A stretch of 64,000 bases of DNA, from positions 50 through 64,049 of the forward strand of contig CAXGWC010000003.1 in assembly GCA_964013425.1 (NCBI GenBank), in the 5' to 3' direction. Below the pieces are notes generated by a model. That model was not told where the DNA came from. It saw only the letters and a list, made by a program, of their open reading frames with translations, and made no database searches. Made by a program: the position numbers and the translations under genes. This document shows positions 18,002 to 28,100 of the stretch, in pieces. The stretch comes from an uncultured Candidatus Poseidoniales archaeon. GTDB lineage: Archaea; Thermoplasmatota; Poseidoniia; Poseidoniales; Thalassarchaeaceae. The number at the start of each line of letters is the position of its first letter. Position 1 is the first letter of the stretch.

Positions 18002-19270
18002 ATGTCTGATGAAGAAATTAAGGAAGACGAGTCATTTATTGACAATTCTTCTCTGAATTTATTGATTAAGGTCACCTCTTCGCTGGTAGTTCTACTCAGT
18101 GTATTGATAATTTCTCTGTGGGCTGTATATCAAACCGCAGATGTCACATTCGGTGGCCCTCCCAGTTCACTAGAACTATGGGAGGACGAATACAGGGAGA
18201 TGACAGGGCTGGACAGGGTTGATGGTTTCGAAGGAAGTGGAGTGAAAATCTGCGTTGTTGATACTGGAATAGATATTAGCCACCCTGATCTAGAATTTGC
18301 CAATGTGATTGGTTGGAATGATCTTATTTCTGGTTCTGATTCCCCATATGATGATGAAGGCCATGGAACCGCCATGGTAGGAATTATTGCTTCAAAGGGC
18401 GGATTAAATGGAGTTTCTCCAGAAGCTGATTTACTAATTGCTAAGGCCATTTCAGATGATGGGTCTGGAACTGATTCGACTATTGCAGATGCGGTGGATT
18501 GGTGCGTAGATGAAGGCGCAGATATCATTTCTCTTAGCTTAGGTGGGAGTCAGGGATTTGGTTCTGGATTCTTCACTACGGACCAATTAGAGGAATCTGT
18601 ACAAGAAGCGATAGATTTGGGCGTTTATGTTGTGGCGGCTGCTGGAAATGATGGTGAAGATGACGATGGTGATGTGGAGTCGCCCGGTTCAGTGGAAGAC
18701 GTAATCTGTGTTGGTGCAGTAACTAGAACAAGCTCTATCTGGAGCGGGAGTTCTGTGGGGGATAACAATGGAAGATTATGGCCGAACCCAATTCTCCCCA
18801 GGCAGGACCCAGATAAGAAACCAGAAATCGTCGCGCCAGGTCATGAAGTCCCGATCCTGATGGCTCGAAGCACGGGGAGTGGAACTTGGTGGGGATGGTC
18901 AAGTGGAACCTCTGCAGCCACCGCATGGGTTTCTGGCTCTATAGCGATTTTTCTGGAGGCCAACCCTGATATGAAAAGAGATGGAGCGCAAGGGGGGGTT
19001 TCTGCAATATCTAATCTGAAAATGATAATGTCACAGAACTCCGAGATGAAGAATGATCAGGAAGATCACGATGACCATTATGGTTACGGATTACTTCGAA
19101 TAGATTTACTCATAGATGGAACTCAAAATTCCAGTTCAGATTCTGACCCTCTAGGCTCCAGTTTTTCTGATTTGGAAAAATTACAAGACATATATGTGCA
19201 AGAAATTCAAGTCACACGTCGGATGATGGCCAGTGTACCGCCTGATAGTTCTACGAAAGAAACAGAATGA
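18002..19270 (+). CDS. Membrane-anchored subtilisin-like serine protease (peptidase S8)
   Basis: The catalytic triad motifs are all present: VCVVDTGIDISHPDL (Asp), DDEGHGTAMVGIIAS (His), SGTSAATAWVSG (Ser). ATG 18002 gives MSDEE...LIKVTSSLVVLLSVLIISLWAV (N-terminal anchor). The track ORF begins at TTG 17972. Confidence 0.85.
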   Translation: MSDEEIKEDESFIDNSSLNLLIKVTSSLVVLLSVLIISLWAVYQTADVTFGGPPSSLELWEDEYREMTGLDRVDGFEGSGVKICVVDTGIDISHPDLEFANVIGWNDLISGSDSPYDDEGHGTAMVGIIASKGGLNGVSPEADLLIAKAISDDGSGTDSTIADAVDWCVDEGADIISLSLGGSQGFGSGFFTTDQLEESVQEAIDLGVYVVAAAGNDGEDDDGDVESPGSVEDVICVGAVTRTSSIWSGSSVGDNNGRLWPNPILPRQDPDKKPEIVAPGHEVPILMARSTGSGTWWGWSSGTSAATAWVSGSIAIFLEANPDMKRDGAQGGVSAISNLKMIMSQNSEMKNDQEDHDDHYGYGLLRIDLLIDGTQNSSSDSDPLGSSFSDLEKLQDIYVQEIQVTRRMMASVPPDSSTKETE

Positions 19271-20022
19271 TTAGCGCTAACATCTTTGATGAATGAAATC
19301 CATTGATTGAATGCAATAACCTTGGACTGGGCCTCTGTAGGCTCTTCCCCGGCTACCGGGAAGCCGACGTCGCCGGTAGGGACCTCTGGCTCCGGTACTA
19401 TCATTATCCCACCTGGTGAAAGTATATCAAATCCCGAGGATGCTGCCACCGGTCTGTCTGAGTCTGGTAAATCTATGATTACTAAAGATACAGGTAATGG
19501 AATATCACTAGGCCTGGCCGAAGACGGTAATGATGCGGAGGCGGCAGACCAACTAGTGACTTCTGCAGTTATCTCAATCCACGGCTTAGCAATCACTCTT
19601 GACCAAGATTCTGCATTGTATCTTCTGATTAGTCTATCGATAATTACTCCAAATCTAGCTCCTTCTTCGACGATAATAAAGGAGTCTGGCTTTGGTCTGG
19701 AAGGACTGTCCGGAATAGAGGGATCGCCACACCAAAGATCGAACAGCCACGCAGAAAGATGCCCTATCCCTCCTCCGACTAGTATGGCATTACCAAGTGG
19801 CACTCGTGATACGATATCTCTTATTCTACTCCTCAGTGATCGAGGCATTGTCCGAAGTCCCATCAACAGCATTTGCTCCCCGATAGAAGAAGCTATCTCA
19901 GGCTCAGTATCGGTCCTATCTGGATCTTCAGAAAGTAGTCTCTCCAACATCTCTCCCTCTGACATCTGTGGTAGTCCGAAACCATCATTGGCGGATGTCA
20001 TGAACAGCGATGGAAGCATCAT
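19207..20022 (-). CDS. Class I SAM-dependent (O-)methyltransferase-like protein (tentative)
   Basis: 271 aa with a Rossmann-like motif order: ILVGGGIGHLSAWL (motif I-like), IIVEEG (acidic end of beta-2), LVIIDLPDSD, LSPGGIMIV. The opposite-strand ORF 19307-20098 is Ser-rich low complexity. Confidence 0.45.
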   Translation of the reverse strand: MMLPSLFMTSANDGFGLPQMSEGEMLERLLSEDPDRTDTEPEIASSIGEQMLLMGLRTMPRSLRSRIRDIVSRVPLGNAILVGGGIGHLSAWLFDLWCGDPSIPDSPSRPKPDSFIIVEEGARFGVIIDRLIRRYNAESWSRVIAKPWIEITAEVTSWSAASASLPSSARPSDIPLPVSLVIIDLPDSDRPVAASSGFDILSPGGIMIVPEPEVPTGDVGFPVAGEEPTEAQSKVIAFNQWISFIKDVSANHSVSFVELSGGTLAIIRRVT

Positions 20023-20078
20023 TATTCAAGATTGGTCTGCGAGGATGCCTTCAAGAGACCCATTCGGGCCGGGTAGAC

Positions 20079-20687
20079 ATGAGCGGAGTGGGCGATGAGG
20101 ACGATATTATCGCTGATGTCACTGAATGTCCAACATGTTTGACTACGACAGAACATGAAATCCTGAAAAGAGTTTCCAGGGGCAAAGGAGAGGATCTTTT
20201 GGTAAGGTGCGTCGAATGCTCCGTCGTACATCTACTGAAACTTAGGCCGAACTCCTCCGTGAGCATCAAGACTACTCTCTCTGAAGGGTCAGAGAGTTCC
20301 TCGGTATTTGTTGAGTCGGATTCTGATGAGTCTATTTCAGTCGGAGATTTATTCGAAAGGGATGGTTCTTTCTGGTCTGTAACAAGGATAGAGATTGGAG
20401 ATAAGATGTCAGTAAAGTCTTGTAAAGCTGAGGAAATAGTCTCAATGTGGGCAGTGAATAAGAATACATGCGTTGTCAAGATTACCCTCACAGATGAAGA
20501 GACTAGTACTGCTTCGACAATTGACTGCGATCCAGAGAAGGAGTTCTCTTGTGGCACCGTTATGAGGATAGATGGCCGTAGATGGAGAATTAGGGCAATC
20601 CATACAGGTGAGGGCAGGACATTGAGAGGGAAGAGAGTCGCTGCTGACATACGAAGAATGTATCTTCATCCAGTTGTGAAGAGTTAG
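20079..20687 (+). CDS. Zinc-ribbon protein with two tandem small beta-rich modules (conserved archaeal hypothetical)
   Basis: CPTC-x26-CVEC ribbon near the N-terminus. Two similar segments follow: VGDLFERDGSFWSVTRIEIG and GTVMRIDGRRWRIRAIHTG. ATG 20079 is preferred, because the track start at 20010 would overlap the divergent gene. Confidence 0.55.
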   Translation: MSGVGDEDDIIADVTECPTCLTTTEHEILKRVSRGKGEDLLVRCVECSVVHLLKLRPNSSVSIKTTLSEGSESSSVFVESDSDESISVGDLFERDGSFWSVTRIEIGDKMSVKSCKAEEIVSMWAVNKNTCVVKITLTDEETSTASTIDCDPEKEFSCGTVMRIDGRRWRIRAIHTGEGRTLRGKRVAADIRRMYLHPVVKS

Positions 20688-21674
20688 CTATCTCCTGTTT
20701 GTCCATGGCATGAGTAGGGTCTTGAGGACATGAGTTGCAACTTCTGGGTTTTCATTCAATCTCCTTATCCCATACTCATACCATTGCTGACCATAAGGGA
20801 CGTATATCCTAGTCAGGTGTCCTTCAGAGTTTAGTTTTCTCCTCAGGTCTCCGCGCACCCCTAATAGGAACTGAAATTCATACCCCGGGCCCTTTCCTGA
20901 GAATGGTCTATCGCCACTATCGGGAGAGAGACCGTACTTATCCAATAATGATAGAGAATTTTCAATCACTGGATGGTCATGAGAAGCTATTGCAGTATAT
21001 GCACCGTTTCTTAGCATATGTTCGATTGCCATGTTTGTAGAATCAACAATTTCTCTATATCCAGTATGGGCTATTTCTTTTGGCTCAAGGTAGATTCCCT
21101 TGCAAATCCTAAAGTCTGAGTTATGACCTATTGCTTCGCATATCTTGTCTATATCGGAGATGGTTCGAAATAGTCTCCCTTGCAGAACTACACCAATATT
21201 TTTCAGCCCTTCAGACCTGATCCTAATCATCAATTCAATTGTTGAGTCGGTTACTCTGCTATCTTCCATGTCCAGTCTTACAAAAATATCGTTTTCAGAG
21301 GCCTTTCTCGTAATATTTAGGATATTTTCGAATGCTAATTCTTCGTTGATCAATAGTCCAAAGGCGGTCGGTTTAATCGATATATGGGCATCAATATTAT
21401 TTTCTTTGATTGAGTCGATTAGTTGAGCGTATTCTTTCAGGAAGAAGTTAGCCTCATCAATAGAAGTAATTTCCTCTCCGAGTACATCAACTGTAAAACA
21501 CGCCCCTTCAGAAGAGAGGCTTTTCATTGTAGTTATTGCATCCTCCAGCTTTGGCCCGGCTACGTATCTGCTCGCCACCATGCGGATTATTGGTTTTGGA
21601 GCCAGTGGCATAGTCGCGACTATCAGCTTCCCCAAGAACGCCATTAACAACCCGAGGAGGAGTCGAGACTTCAC
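20688..21674 (-). CDS. Proline dehydrogenase (PRODH/PutA catalytic-domain family)
   Basis: 328 aa with the PRODH TIM-barrel motif order: RLDMEDSRVTD, GVVLQGRLFRT, RICKGIYLEP, ASHDHPVI, EFQFLLGVRGDL, RIYVPYGQQWYEYGIRRLNENPE. Confidence 0.75.
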   Translation of the reverse strand: MKSRLLLGLLMAFLGKLIVATMPLAPKPIIRMVASRYVAGPKLEDAITTMKSLSSEGACFTVDVLGEEITSIDEANFFLKEYAQLIDSIKENNIDAHISIKPTAFGLLINEELAFENILNITRKASENDIFVRLDMEDSRVTDSTIELMIRIRSEGLKNIGVVLQGRLFRTISDIDKICEAIGHNSDFRICKGIYLEPKEIAHTGYREIVDSTNMAIEHMLRNGAYTAIASHDHPVIENSLSLLDKYGLSPDSGDRPFSGKGPGYEFQFLLGVRGDLRRKLNSEGHLTRIYVPYGQQWYEYGIRRLNENPEVATHVLKTLLMPWTNRR

Positions 21675-21676
21675 GA

Positions 21677-22621
21677 TTACTCTTGGGGGATCTCTTTACC
21701 TCTACGGATTAGTATGTCATTTTCAGCGAGTAATTCCCTAATTTCTTCTCTTTGCCAGCCCTTGAAAGATTTCCGATCAAGATGCACGAATATGTCTGCC
21801 CCAGGAAATGCTTGCTTAGTGGATTCGATAGCTGAAAGAATGGAGTCCTGCCACAAAATATTTGAATTCCTGCCAGCAATATCTTCAGTCATACCGAAAT
21901 CTAGCGAATAGCCTGCCAAAACATGGCCTAACCAGATGTTTCCCTTCTCCACCACTGCTTTGTGCCTAGGTGCATAATGCCCCCCTCCAAGCCCGACCAT
22001 GACATTCCCTTTTCCTTTCCACTCACCCAGTGGAGTACTACCATTCAGGCCCAGCACTTTGCAAAGAACACTGGCCCACAGGTTGAGCGCATCTTCTCTA
22101 CTCCAGTCAGACTGTGTAGATCCTATCTCGATGTAGAGAGTAGGAGATTCTAGAACTGGTCCGTGATGTGTTGCCTCCAATGTGAGGTCAAAATATTCAT
22201 CCAATCTTTTCTCTCGTGCCTCCTTCAACATTTCCCTGTACAGTGATGCAAACCTCGGAGATGGAGGGACCAATTGTCCGTTGATACCGCCTGATTTCCC
22301 AGGCAATCCAGGCGGATAAATACCAGGTAATCCGATAGCATGCAGGGTTATTGCAGGAGTGTCTGTTGAAGATACATGCCTAGAAAGGACTAGGACTTCG
22401 TTTATTTCACAAGAGACCTCTTTTTCATGAGTCAAATCTATGGAGTCTGCATGGACGTGGATATTTTCAATAGATAGGATGTGGACATCAGAAATCAGGT
22501 GTTTCACTACGCGACCATGGGAGTAAAACTCCTCTTCACCCCACTCAGAGGCCCTGAGTAACGAGTCTCGTAGGTTAACCGATGCATCATCGGACTCGGA
22601 ACATAGAATCAGTGTCGCCAT
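21677..22621 (-). CDS. dtdA: D-aminoacyl-tRNA deacylase, archaeal type
   Basis: Matches the archaeal DtdA motif pattern: LSRHVSS...PAITLHAIG, LEATHHGP, YIEIGSTQSDW, GLGGGHYAPRH, GHVLAGY. Confidence 0.85.
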   Translation of the reverse strand: MATLILCSESDDASVNLRDSLLRASEWGEEEFYSHGRVVKHLISDVHILSIENIHVHADSIDLTHEKEVSCEINEVLVLSRHVSSTDTPAITLHAIGLPGIYPPGLPGKSGGINGQLVPPSPRFASLYREMLKEAREKRLDEYFDLTLEATHHGPVLESPTLYIEIGSTQSDWSREDALNLWASVLCKVLGLNGSTPLGEWKGKGNVMVGLGGGHYAPRHKAVVEKGNIWLGHVLAGYSLDFGMTEDIAGRNSNILWQDSILSAIESTKQAFPGADIFVHLDRKSFKGWQREEIRELLAENDILIRRGKEIPQE

Positions 22622-22639
22622 ATTTCTCGCAGGGGAGCC

Positions 22640-23620
22640 ATGTATTCAATATTACAGCCACACCTTCAAGCAGTAGAGTCTTGCCGGGGATTCAGTATGG
22701 TCGATGACATAGGGTTCAATCCTATCAGGATTGATAGAGGGGGAGAGCACTCTATGATAGTCGGCTCGGACGGGCAAATGCTGGAAATCGATAGTCAGAA
22801 TGAGCAGGTGAATGAGGGAGCGATGTATCCATTTCCAGGAGTTTCATCGTGTGGGGTCGTTAGCTCCGATCATTGGATTGGCTCGTGGGTTGACAGAAGT
22901 ATGAGGAAGGCCTACATGGGCTCATTTCCATTGGGTGAAAAATGGGAATCTGCTAACTCAGACTCTGATGGCTCGGAAAATGGAGATGTTGATCATTCAG
23001 TAAGTAAATCTGCCTCTTGGACCAGAGAACTGCAGTCCGAGCCTCTAGCTATGTGTATGGTTGATGGAAATATCGTTTTTGCTTGTCTTGGTTCTGGGAT
23101 ATACATGATAGACGGGAACGCGAGTGAGATTTGGAGGTCACCATATCCCCGGTGGAGAGAGCTTGAAGACTTAGTTGGAATTGATTCGATTGTTTCCCTC
23201 CTACTAAAGGAGGATGAAATATATGCATTCTCATCATCTGGAGGTTACTCGGTTATCTCGATGGCTACCGGACATGAGATAAATAATGGTATTCTATCAA
23301 ACCTCCCAGATAGGGTACATGACGTTAGATATGATCAGGATTCCGGATGGATAATAATGCTACATGGCAAGAATGTAGCCATAATGAATGACCTGAATTC
23401 GAATCCAGCCATTTTCAGAGTTCCCGGACCTGTCATGGATGTGTTCCCTTGCGAGGGAGGGTGGAAATGGACAGGATGGAGGCATGATGGATATTTCTCT
23501 AATGGGAGACTGAGTACCTTCGGAAGGAATGAGGTAGGAATATCTCTATTCAACAATATAGTACTGACCAACAGTGGTACTTGGAAAATTTTTGAGGGCG
23601 ATGATCAGAAGTTCTTGTGA
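22640..23620 (+). CDS. Hypothetical protein, possibly beta-propeller-like
   Basis: 326-aa ORF with repeated G-x-hydrophobic beta-strand patterns and no catalytic motif. The true start is probably ATG 22697 (MVDDIGF), because only 18 nt separate 22640 from the divergent dtdA start. Confidence 0.5.
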   Translation: MYSILQPHLQAVESCRGFSMVDDIGFNPIRIDRGGEHSMIVGSDGQMLEIDSQNEQVNEGAMYPFPGVSSCGVVSSDHWIGSWVDRSMRKAYMGSFPLGEKWESANSDSDGSENGDVDHSVSKSASWTRELQSEPLAMCMVDGNIVFACLGSGIYMIDGNASEIWRSPYPRWRELEDLVGIDSIVSLLLKEDEIYAFSSSGGYSVISMATGHEINNGILSNLPDRVHDVRYDQDSGWIIMLHGKNVAIMNDLNSNPAIFRVPGPVMDVFPCEGGWKWTGWRHDGYFSNGRLSTFGRNEVGISLFNNIVLTNSGTWKIFEGDDQKFL

Positions 23621-23805
23621 GCTTCTTTTCCATCGTTCAAGAGTGTGTATCCGCACTTGCCACACGATTTGCGATCTTTGTGAACAGCTAGGAAAATACC
23701 TGGACCGCACCTAGGGTCGGGACAGAACTCGCCTCGTACTAATTTGTCATCTTCGACCTTGTATTTTGACCACTTCGAGTTTGCATTCGGGCTGTCTGAC
23801 ATCAC
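23605..23805 (-). CDS. rps27ae: 30S ribosomal protein S27ae (eS31)
   Basis: 66 aa: [41 protein letters not shown] (C4 zinc ribbon). Its start overlaps the S24e stop by 4 nt. Confidence 0.85.
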   Translation of the reverse strand: MMSDSPNANSKWSKYKVEDDKLVRGEFCPDPRCGPGIFLAVHKDRKSCGKCGYTLLNDGKEAHKNF

Positions 23806-24119
23806 TCATCCCCCCCTTCTCCGTCAGCAGTTGGGTCATCTCCTCTGACCTTCTTGTGCCTCTCAACTATGAAATCTGGCTCGATAGTCGATGCTTCCTC
23901 TGTAGAGTATACGAGTGCCAGTCCAGTAGTTCTTGGCATTCCAAACCTAGTTGAAACGTTCTTGATGAAGATAAGCTCTTCCTTTGAGCCGGGTTCGACC
24001 TTAGCAGCGGCAGAAACCATCTGTGAAAGATCGGGAGTGGGAGAATTAGGGTGGTCCCAAACGAATCTAATTTCGACCCTGTTTAGCAGTGGGTTATCTT
24101 TTCTATCAATTACTTGCAT
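23802..24119 (-). CDS. rps24e: 30S ribosomal protein S24e
   Basis: 105 aa: [21 protein letters not shown]...[20 protein letters not shown]. Confidence 0.85.
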   Translation of the reverse strand: MQVIDRKDNPLLNRVEIRFVWDHPNSPTPDLSQMVSAAAKVEPGSKEELIFIKNVSTRFGMPRTTGLALVYSTEEASTIEPDFIVERHKKVRGDDPTADGEGGDE

Positions 24120-24127
24120 TTACTCAC

Positions 24128-24355
24128 CTACCTGATGTTGACTTTCAGAGCATAATTACCCGGCCTCGTAATATTGAGCCTCTTGGCGACTTCTGATCTG
24201 CCTGGATTAAGAATTACTACAAATCCTTGCCAATCAGTAGTTACAGGAGAGTTAGGGCAATGAGGGCATATTACTGGGTCATTTTTGTTATCTGGCTCAG
24301 GGAGAATCTGATTACATTCGCCACATGCAAATGGTTGCTTGGCCATTTCAATCAT
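24128..24355 (-). CDS. spt4: Transcription elongation factor Spt4 (RpoE'')
   Basis: Zinc ribbon CGECNQILP...ICPHCPNS followed by WQGFVVILNPGRSEVAKRL. The start is taken at ATG 24355 (MIEMAKQ) or 24346. The 93-aa track ORF would overlap rpo7. Confidence 0.75.
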   Translation of the reverse strand: MIEMAKQPFACGECNQILPEPDNKNDPVICPHCPNSPVTTDWQGFVVILNPGRSEVAKRLNITRPGNYALKVNIR

Positions 24356-24896
24356 TCTCCGTAATCCAACCAGCGGCGCCGAGCCCGTCCATCTTACAAT
24401 TAAGACCAATCTTACTTGCCCTCGGGTCGTTCTGATTGATAGCTTTGGAAACTACCCTGGAGCGTACATGGGACCCTTCTTCTATGTGCTTCCCAGATTG
24501 AGCCCCCTCAATTCTCCTAATGCCCATGTTAACCTGAATTGGTTCATCTAAAATTTGTGATTTGTGGAGTAGTGCCTCGACGGGTCCAATCCTTACGAAT
24601 GCTCCGTATTCAGAAACATCGGATACATATCCATCGACAACTTCGTTATTCTCCATGTTGAAGAGGAGCGCCTTGAAGCTGACAGCTTGATAGATTGCAC
24701 CATCCCCATGTATGATTTTTCCCCTTCCAACTGGCTTGTGATCAAAAGTTAAAACAGTGTAGTTTTCATCAACGTCGAATCGTCCCTCGAAGGCATCATT
24801 AGCGAGACTGTCTATGTGATCGACTAGACTCTGTCCCTCTCTAATATACTCTGCTGGGATACGAATAGTGTCTTCTCGCTCAACAATGCTGTACAT
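24348..24896 (-). CDS. rpoE: DNA-directed RNA polymerase subunit E' (Rpo7) with S1 domain
   Basis: From ATG 24896: MYSIVEREDTIRIPAEY..., then the S1 fold GYVSDVSEYGAFVRIGPVEALLHKSQ. GGAGG followed by an A-run lies immediately upstream of this ATG. The track ORF extends to TTG 25058, adding 54 non-conserved residues. Confidence 0.8.
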   Translation of the reverse strand: MYSIVEREDTIRIPAEYIREGQSLVDHIDSLANDAFEGRFDVDENYTVLTFDHKPVGRGKIIHGDGAIYQAVSFKALLFNMENNEVVDGYVSDVSEYGAFVRIGPVEALLHKSQILDEPIQVNMGIRRIEGAQSGKHIEEGSHVRSRVVSKAINQNDPRASKIGLNCKMDGLGAAGWITEND

Positions 24897-24935
24897 TTTT
24901 TTTCCTCCAAAACAGACCTCTCCAAGGTTTGCCAA

Positions 24936-24959
24936 GACGGGTGGGATATCCCTCCCGTC
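24936..24959. promoter_or_regulatory. 24-nt near-perfect palindrome GACGGGTGGGATATCCCTCCCGTC in the rpo7 operon leader
   Basis: Read from the sequence, with one T:T mismatch pair. It lies 40-63 nt upstream of the rpo7 ATG and contains the perfect core GGGATATCCC. Confidence 0.35.
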
Positions 24960-25109
24960 CTTCATCGGCTGAGCCTCTGGAGGAGAAGTCCGTGCATCGG
25001 CGACCTGCCTCTCCTGTATAAGCACAACGGATGCAAAGATATACTCGGCTAAGGTCAATAATCCCTCAGACCTACGGTCTGAGAGAGAATATGGTGCGAA
25101 CGTTCAAGA

Positions 25110-28100
25110 GTGTTACAAATACCATCTGCTAATCTGATGACATCTCTTGCAAGGGCGGACGGCAGGTGCAATCGCCGAAGAGCACTTATTATTTCGGCAT
25201 TAATGTCACTTGTGGTTTTCTACCCACTAGCTTTGGAGAAGGTCGTTGAGACTGGAATACCAGAAGATAGTTCGAATTTCGCCACCAGCATGTCGGATCC
25301 TTGGGAGGACGGAGACCAGCCATGGCCCCAACCAGGGAGGACCCCTGGTAGAATGTCTGCTAGTCCTGTCCATGACCCAATGGGTAGCGTAAACTCGCTT
25401 TCTTCCATTACCGACCCCGTAATTAACTGGGAGTATGGCAACTATGACATTGGAACCGATTCTCTTGGAACTCCAATTGGCGATTTTAGCGATTCACTTC
25501 AAGTTGATTCAGAATCTCATGAAAGATGCGGGGGGAGTTCACTATACACAGTTGTCGTTCAGACCGATACTTCCTCGGGAGATAGCTATCTGAGAATTAT
25601 CGAGGGAGAAGACTCCGACTTGGCATGGGAAGTTAATCTTGGTCAAACAGAGACGGTCAAAGCGTCTCCAATGATTGTCGATATCGATGGTTCTGCAGGT
25701 CCGGAAATTCTGGTTGTGTATGATTTAGCGGTGGGAAGTGATGTCACACTCCGAGTGGATGCATGGTCGCCCAGACTAGTTTGTGATGTTACCGGATGGT
25801 CACCTAGTGGCTCGCATGACAGTCAATTACTCTGGCATTGGGAGGAGCCTAATTTGATGATAAGTAGCGAGGATGGCCCATACACAGGAAGTATCTGGGG
25901 CGGACATAAGCCAACCTCACAACCGCTGCTCGCTGATTTAGACTTAGATGGGGATGCAGAGCTAGTGATATCTGCCATAAGAGAGAGTGATAATTCCCCA
26001 AAGGTCGTTGCAATCAATCTACCTTCTTCTGGCTCACCTACTAAGATTTGGGATAAGAGCTTGAGATATGGAAGTCATGGATCTGACCCTGTTTTTGTCC
26101 AGACTGATGATGATACAGCTTACGTGATGCTGACCACAACTGAATCGACAAATGGTGCGATGTGGCTATGGAAGCTTGACTCATCGAGTGGCGATCCAAG
26201 TTGGGATGGGAAGTCACTCGGCAACCTAGATGGGGACTCGAATGTACCTCATATCAGGTTACCTGGGCCGATCGTGGCTAATCTGGATCAGGATAGTAGT
26301 CCTGAGATTATTGTCACCATTCCAACCGATAGTGACTCATCGGGAAATCTTGACGGGGCCGAATTTAGAGGCTTGGAAGTCGCCAATGGATCTGAAATAT
26401 GGAGTTACACGTCCCCCAACGGATATGCTGATTCTCCACCTCTACCAATTGATACTGATGGTGACGGGGACCATGATAGAATGTGCTGGGTTACGTGGTG
26501 GCAAACCACTACAGCGAGGCATGGCATAACCGGATGCGTGGATGATACGGATACATCAAGTCCGAATGAAGCGTGGTATCGAGATTTGGAGCAAAGTAGT
26601 GGTACTCCGAATGATGAGATTGCTGTTTCACAGCCAATATGGATGGATATCGAGGGGACTGCAGAGCCTGAATTACTAGTTGCTTACGGCAGATCACTGT
26701 GGGGTTTTGATGGTTCAGAAGGTACTGGTTCGGCTATTGGAACAGAATGGTCAAATGATTTGGAGTTGAATCAGAGGACCTGGTCCTCGCCATCATTAGC
26801 AGACATTGATGGAGACAACACGCTAGATGTGATTATTGGTGCGACCGTAGTTTCACTGGAGCGAACTGATATCAGGCCTTTGCTTGATGGAAGAGGGATT
26901 GAATTTGATCCAACCTCTCCTAATCCAGGACAAAGTGTGCAGATTTCAGCATTCATTGAGAATTCTGGAACAGGTAATCCTGATTCCGATGTTGATGCAG
27001 TTTTGTATGCTGATGGAATAGAGATAGGGAGGGAGAGATTTTCATCCATGCAACCTGTTTCTCCTTCCGGAACAGGGTCTTTCGAATCTTTCTCTGTCGA
27101 GTGGTCAGGACCACTAGGAGACCATGAGTTTACATTGGAGATTGATCCATTTTCCAACCTAACTCAGACTAGAACAGATAATGATGTGTACTCCAAGACC
27201 TTGTCAATAATCCCCACATATAATGTCACATTTGAAATTTCATCAGAGCCATTGAGAGTCAATCCTGGGGATTCAGCTGAGACCTCTCCGATAGTAAGGT
27301 CCACTGGGAGATTATCGGGTACTTGGTCATTGGAAATAGATGGTTCGCAACTTCCTCAGGGTTGGACATGGGAGGATGTGACGCCTGGAGGGAGTAGTAG
27401 CGTTCAGATCGCTACTGGGGAGTCTTGGTCTCCCCTAATCGAGATAGTCGCTCCCTCTACGGCCCTAGGATCGGATTCAGGTTTCCTTGGCCTGACTATG
27501 TCTCTGGATAGTGACTCCAACATTAGTGTTTCATCCATACTTCCCATTGAGGCAAATAGGACAAGGGGATTATCCATCAGAGGCCCCGAGGGCGCATCCT
27601 ACAGCTCTGGTTATGGATTAATTGGAGATTCTGCTAGAGCATGGATTGTTGTGGAAAATATCGGAAATGCTGTGGAAAATCAAATCTCATTGGATTGGGG
27701 GAATACACTTTGGGGTAGTGATTTACGATTGATTGACAGTGATGGGAATGAGAGGTTTGCATTGGTTCTTGACCCAGGGGAGAGGCTAGTTTTGGAAGCT
27801 AACCTTGATGTTCCATTTGTTGATGAAAATCAACAGATAGTACTAATTGGTGATCAGGTTGAGACGGCTTTGACGCTATGTGTGGACGGGGATGATGGAT
27901 GTCAAACTGTGGATTTAGCTTTCATTGCTTCCGGAGTAGTAAGTAGGAGTCATATCAGAAGTGTCCCTTCAAATGGCCTGGAGTGGATAATAGAAGCTGA
28001 CGCTCCTGTAGGTGAAGATATCCTATCATGGTCATTATCATCGGCTGGAATGGCAAAAACCGGTTGGTCTTGGACTGCATCGGGTGATTTACGAATAAAC

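Noticed and set aside
19307-20098. 263-aa plus-strand ORF
   Set aside because: It is antisense to the methyltransferase-like gene. Its translation is Ser/Gly/Pro-rich low complexity with no motif, as expected for a shadow frame of an acidic protein.
24897-25058. 54-codon N-terminal extension of the Rpo7 ORF (TTG start)
   Set aside because: The conserved Rpo7 N-terminus (MYSIVERED...) begins at ATG 24896, directly behind GGAGG. The extension has no Rpo7-like sequence, so it is treated as leader or intergenic DNA.
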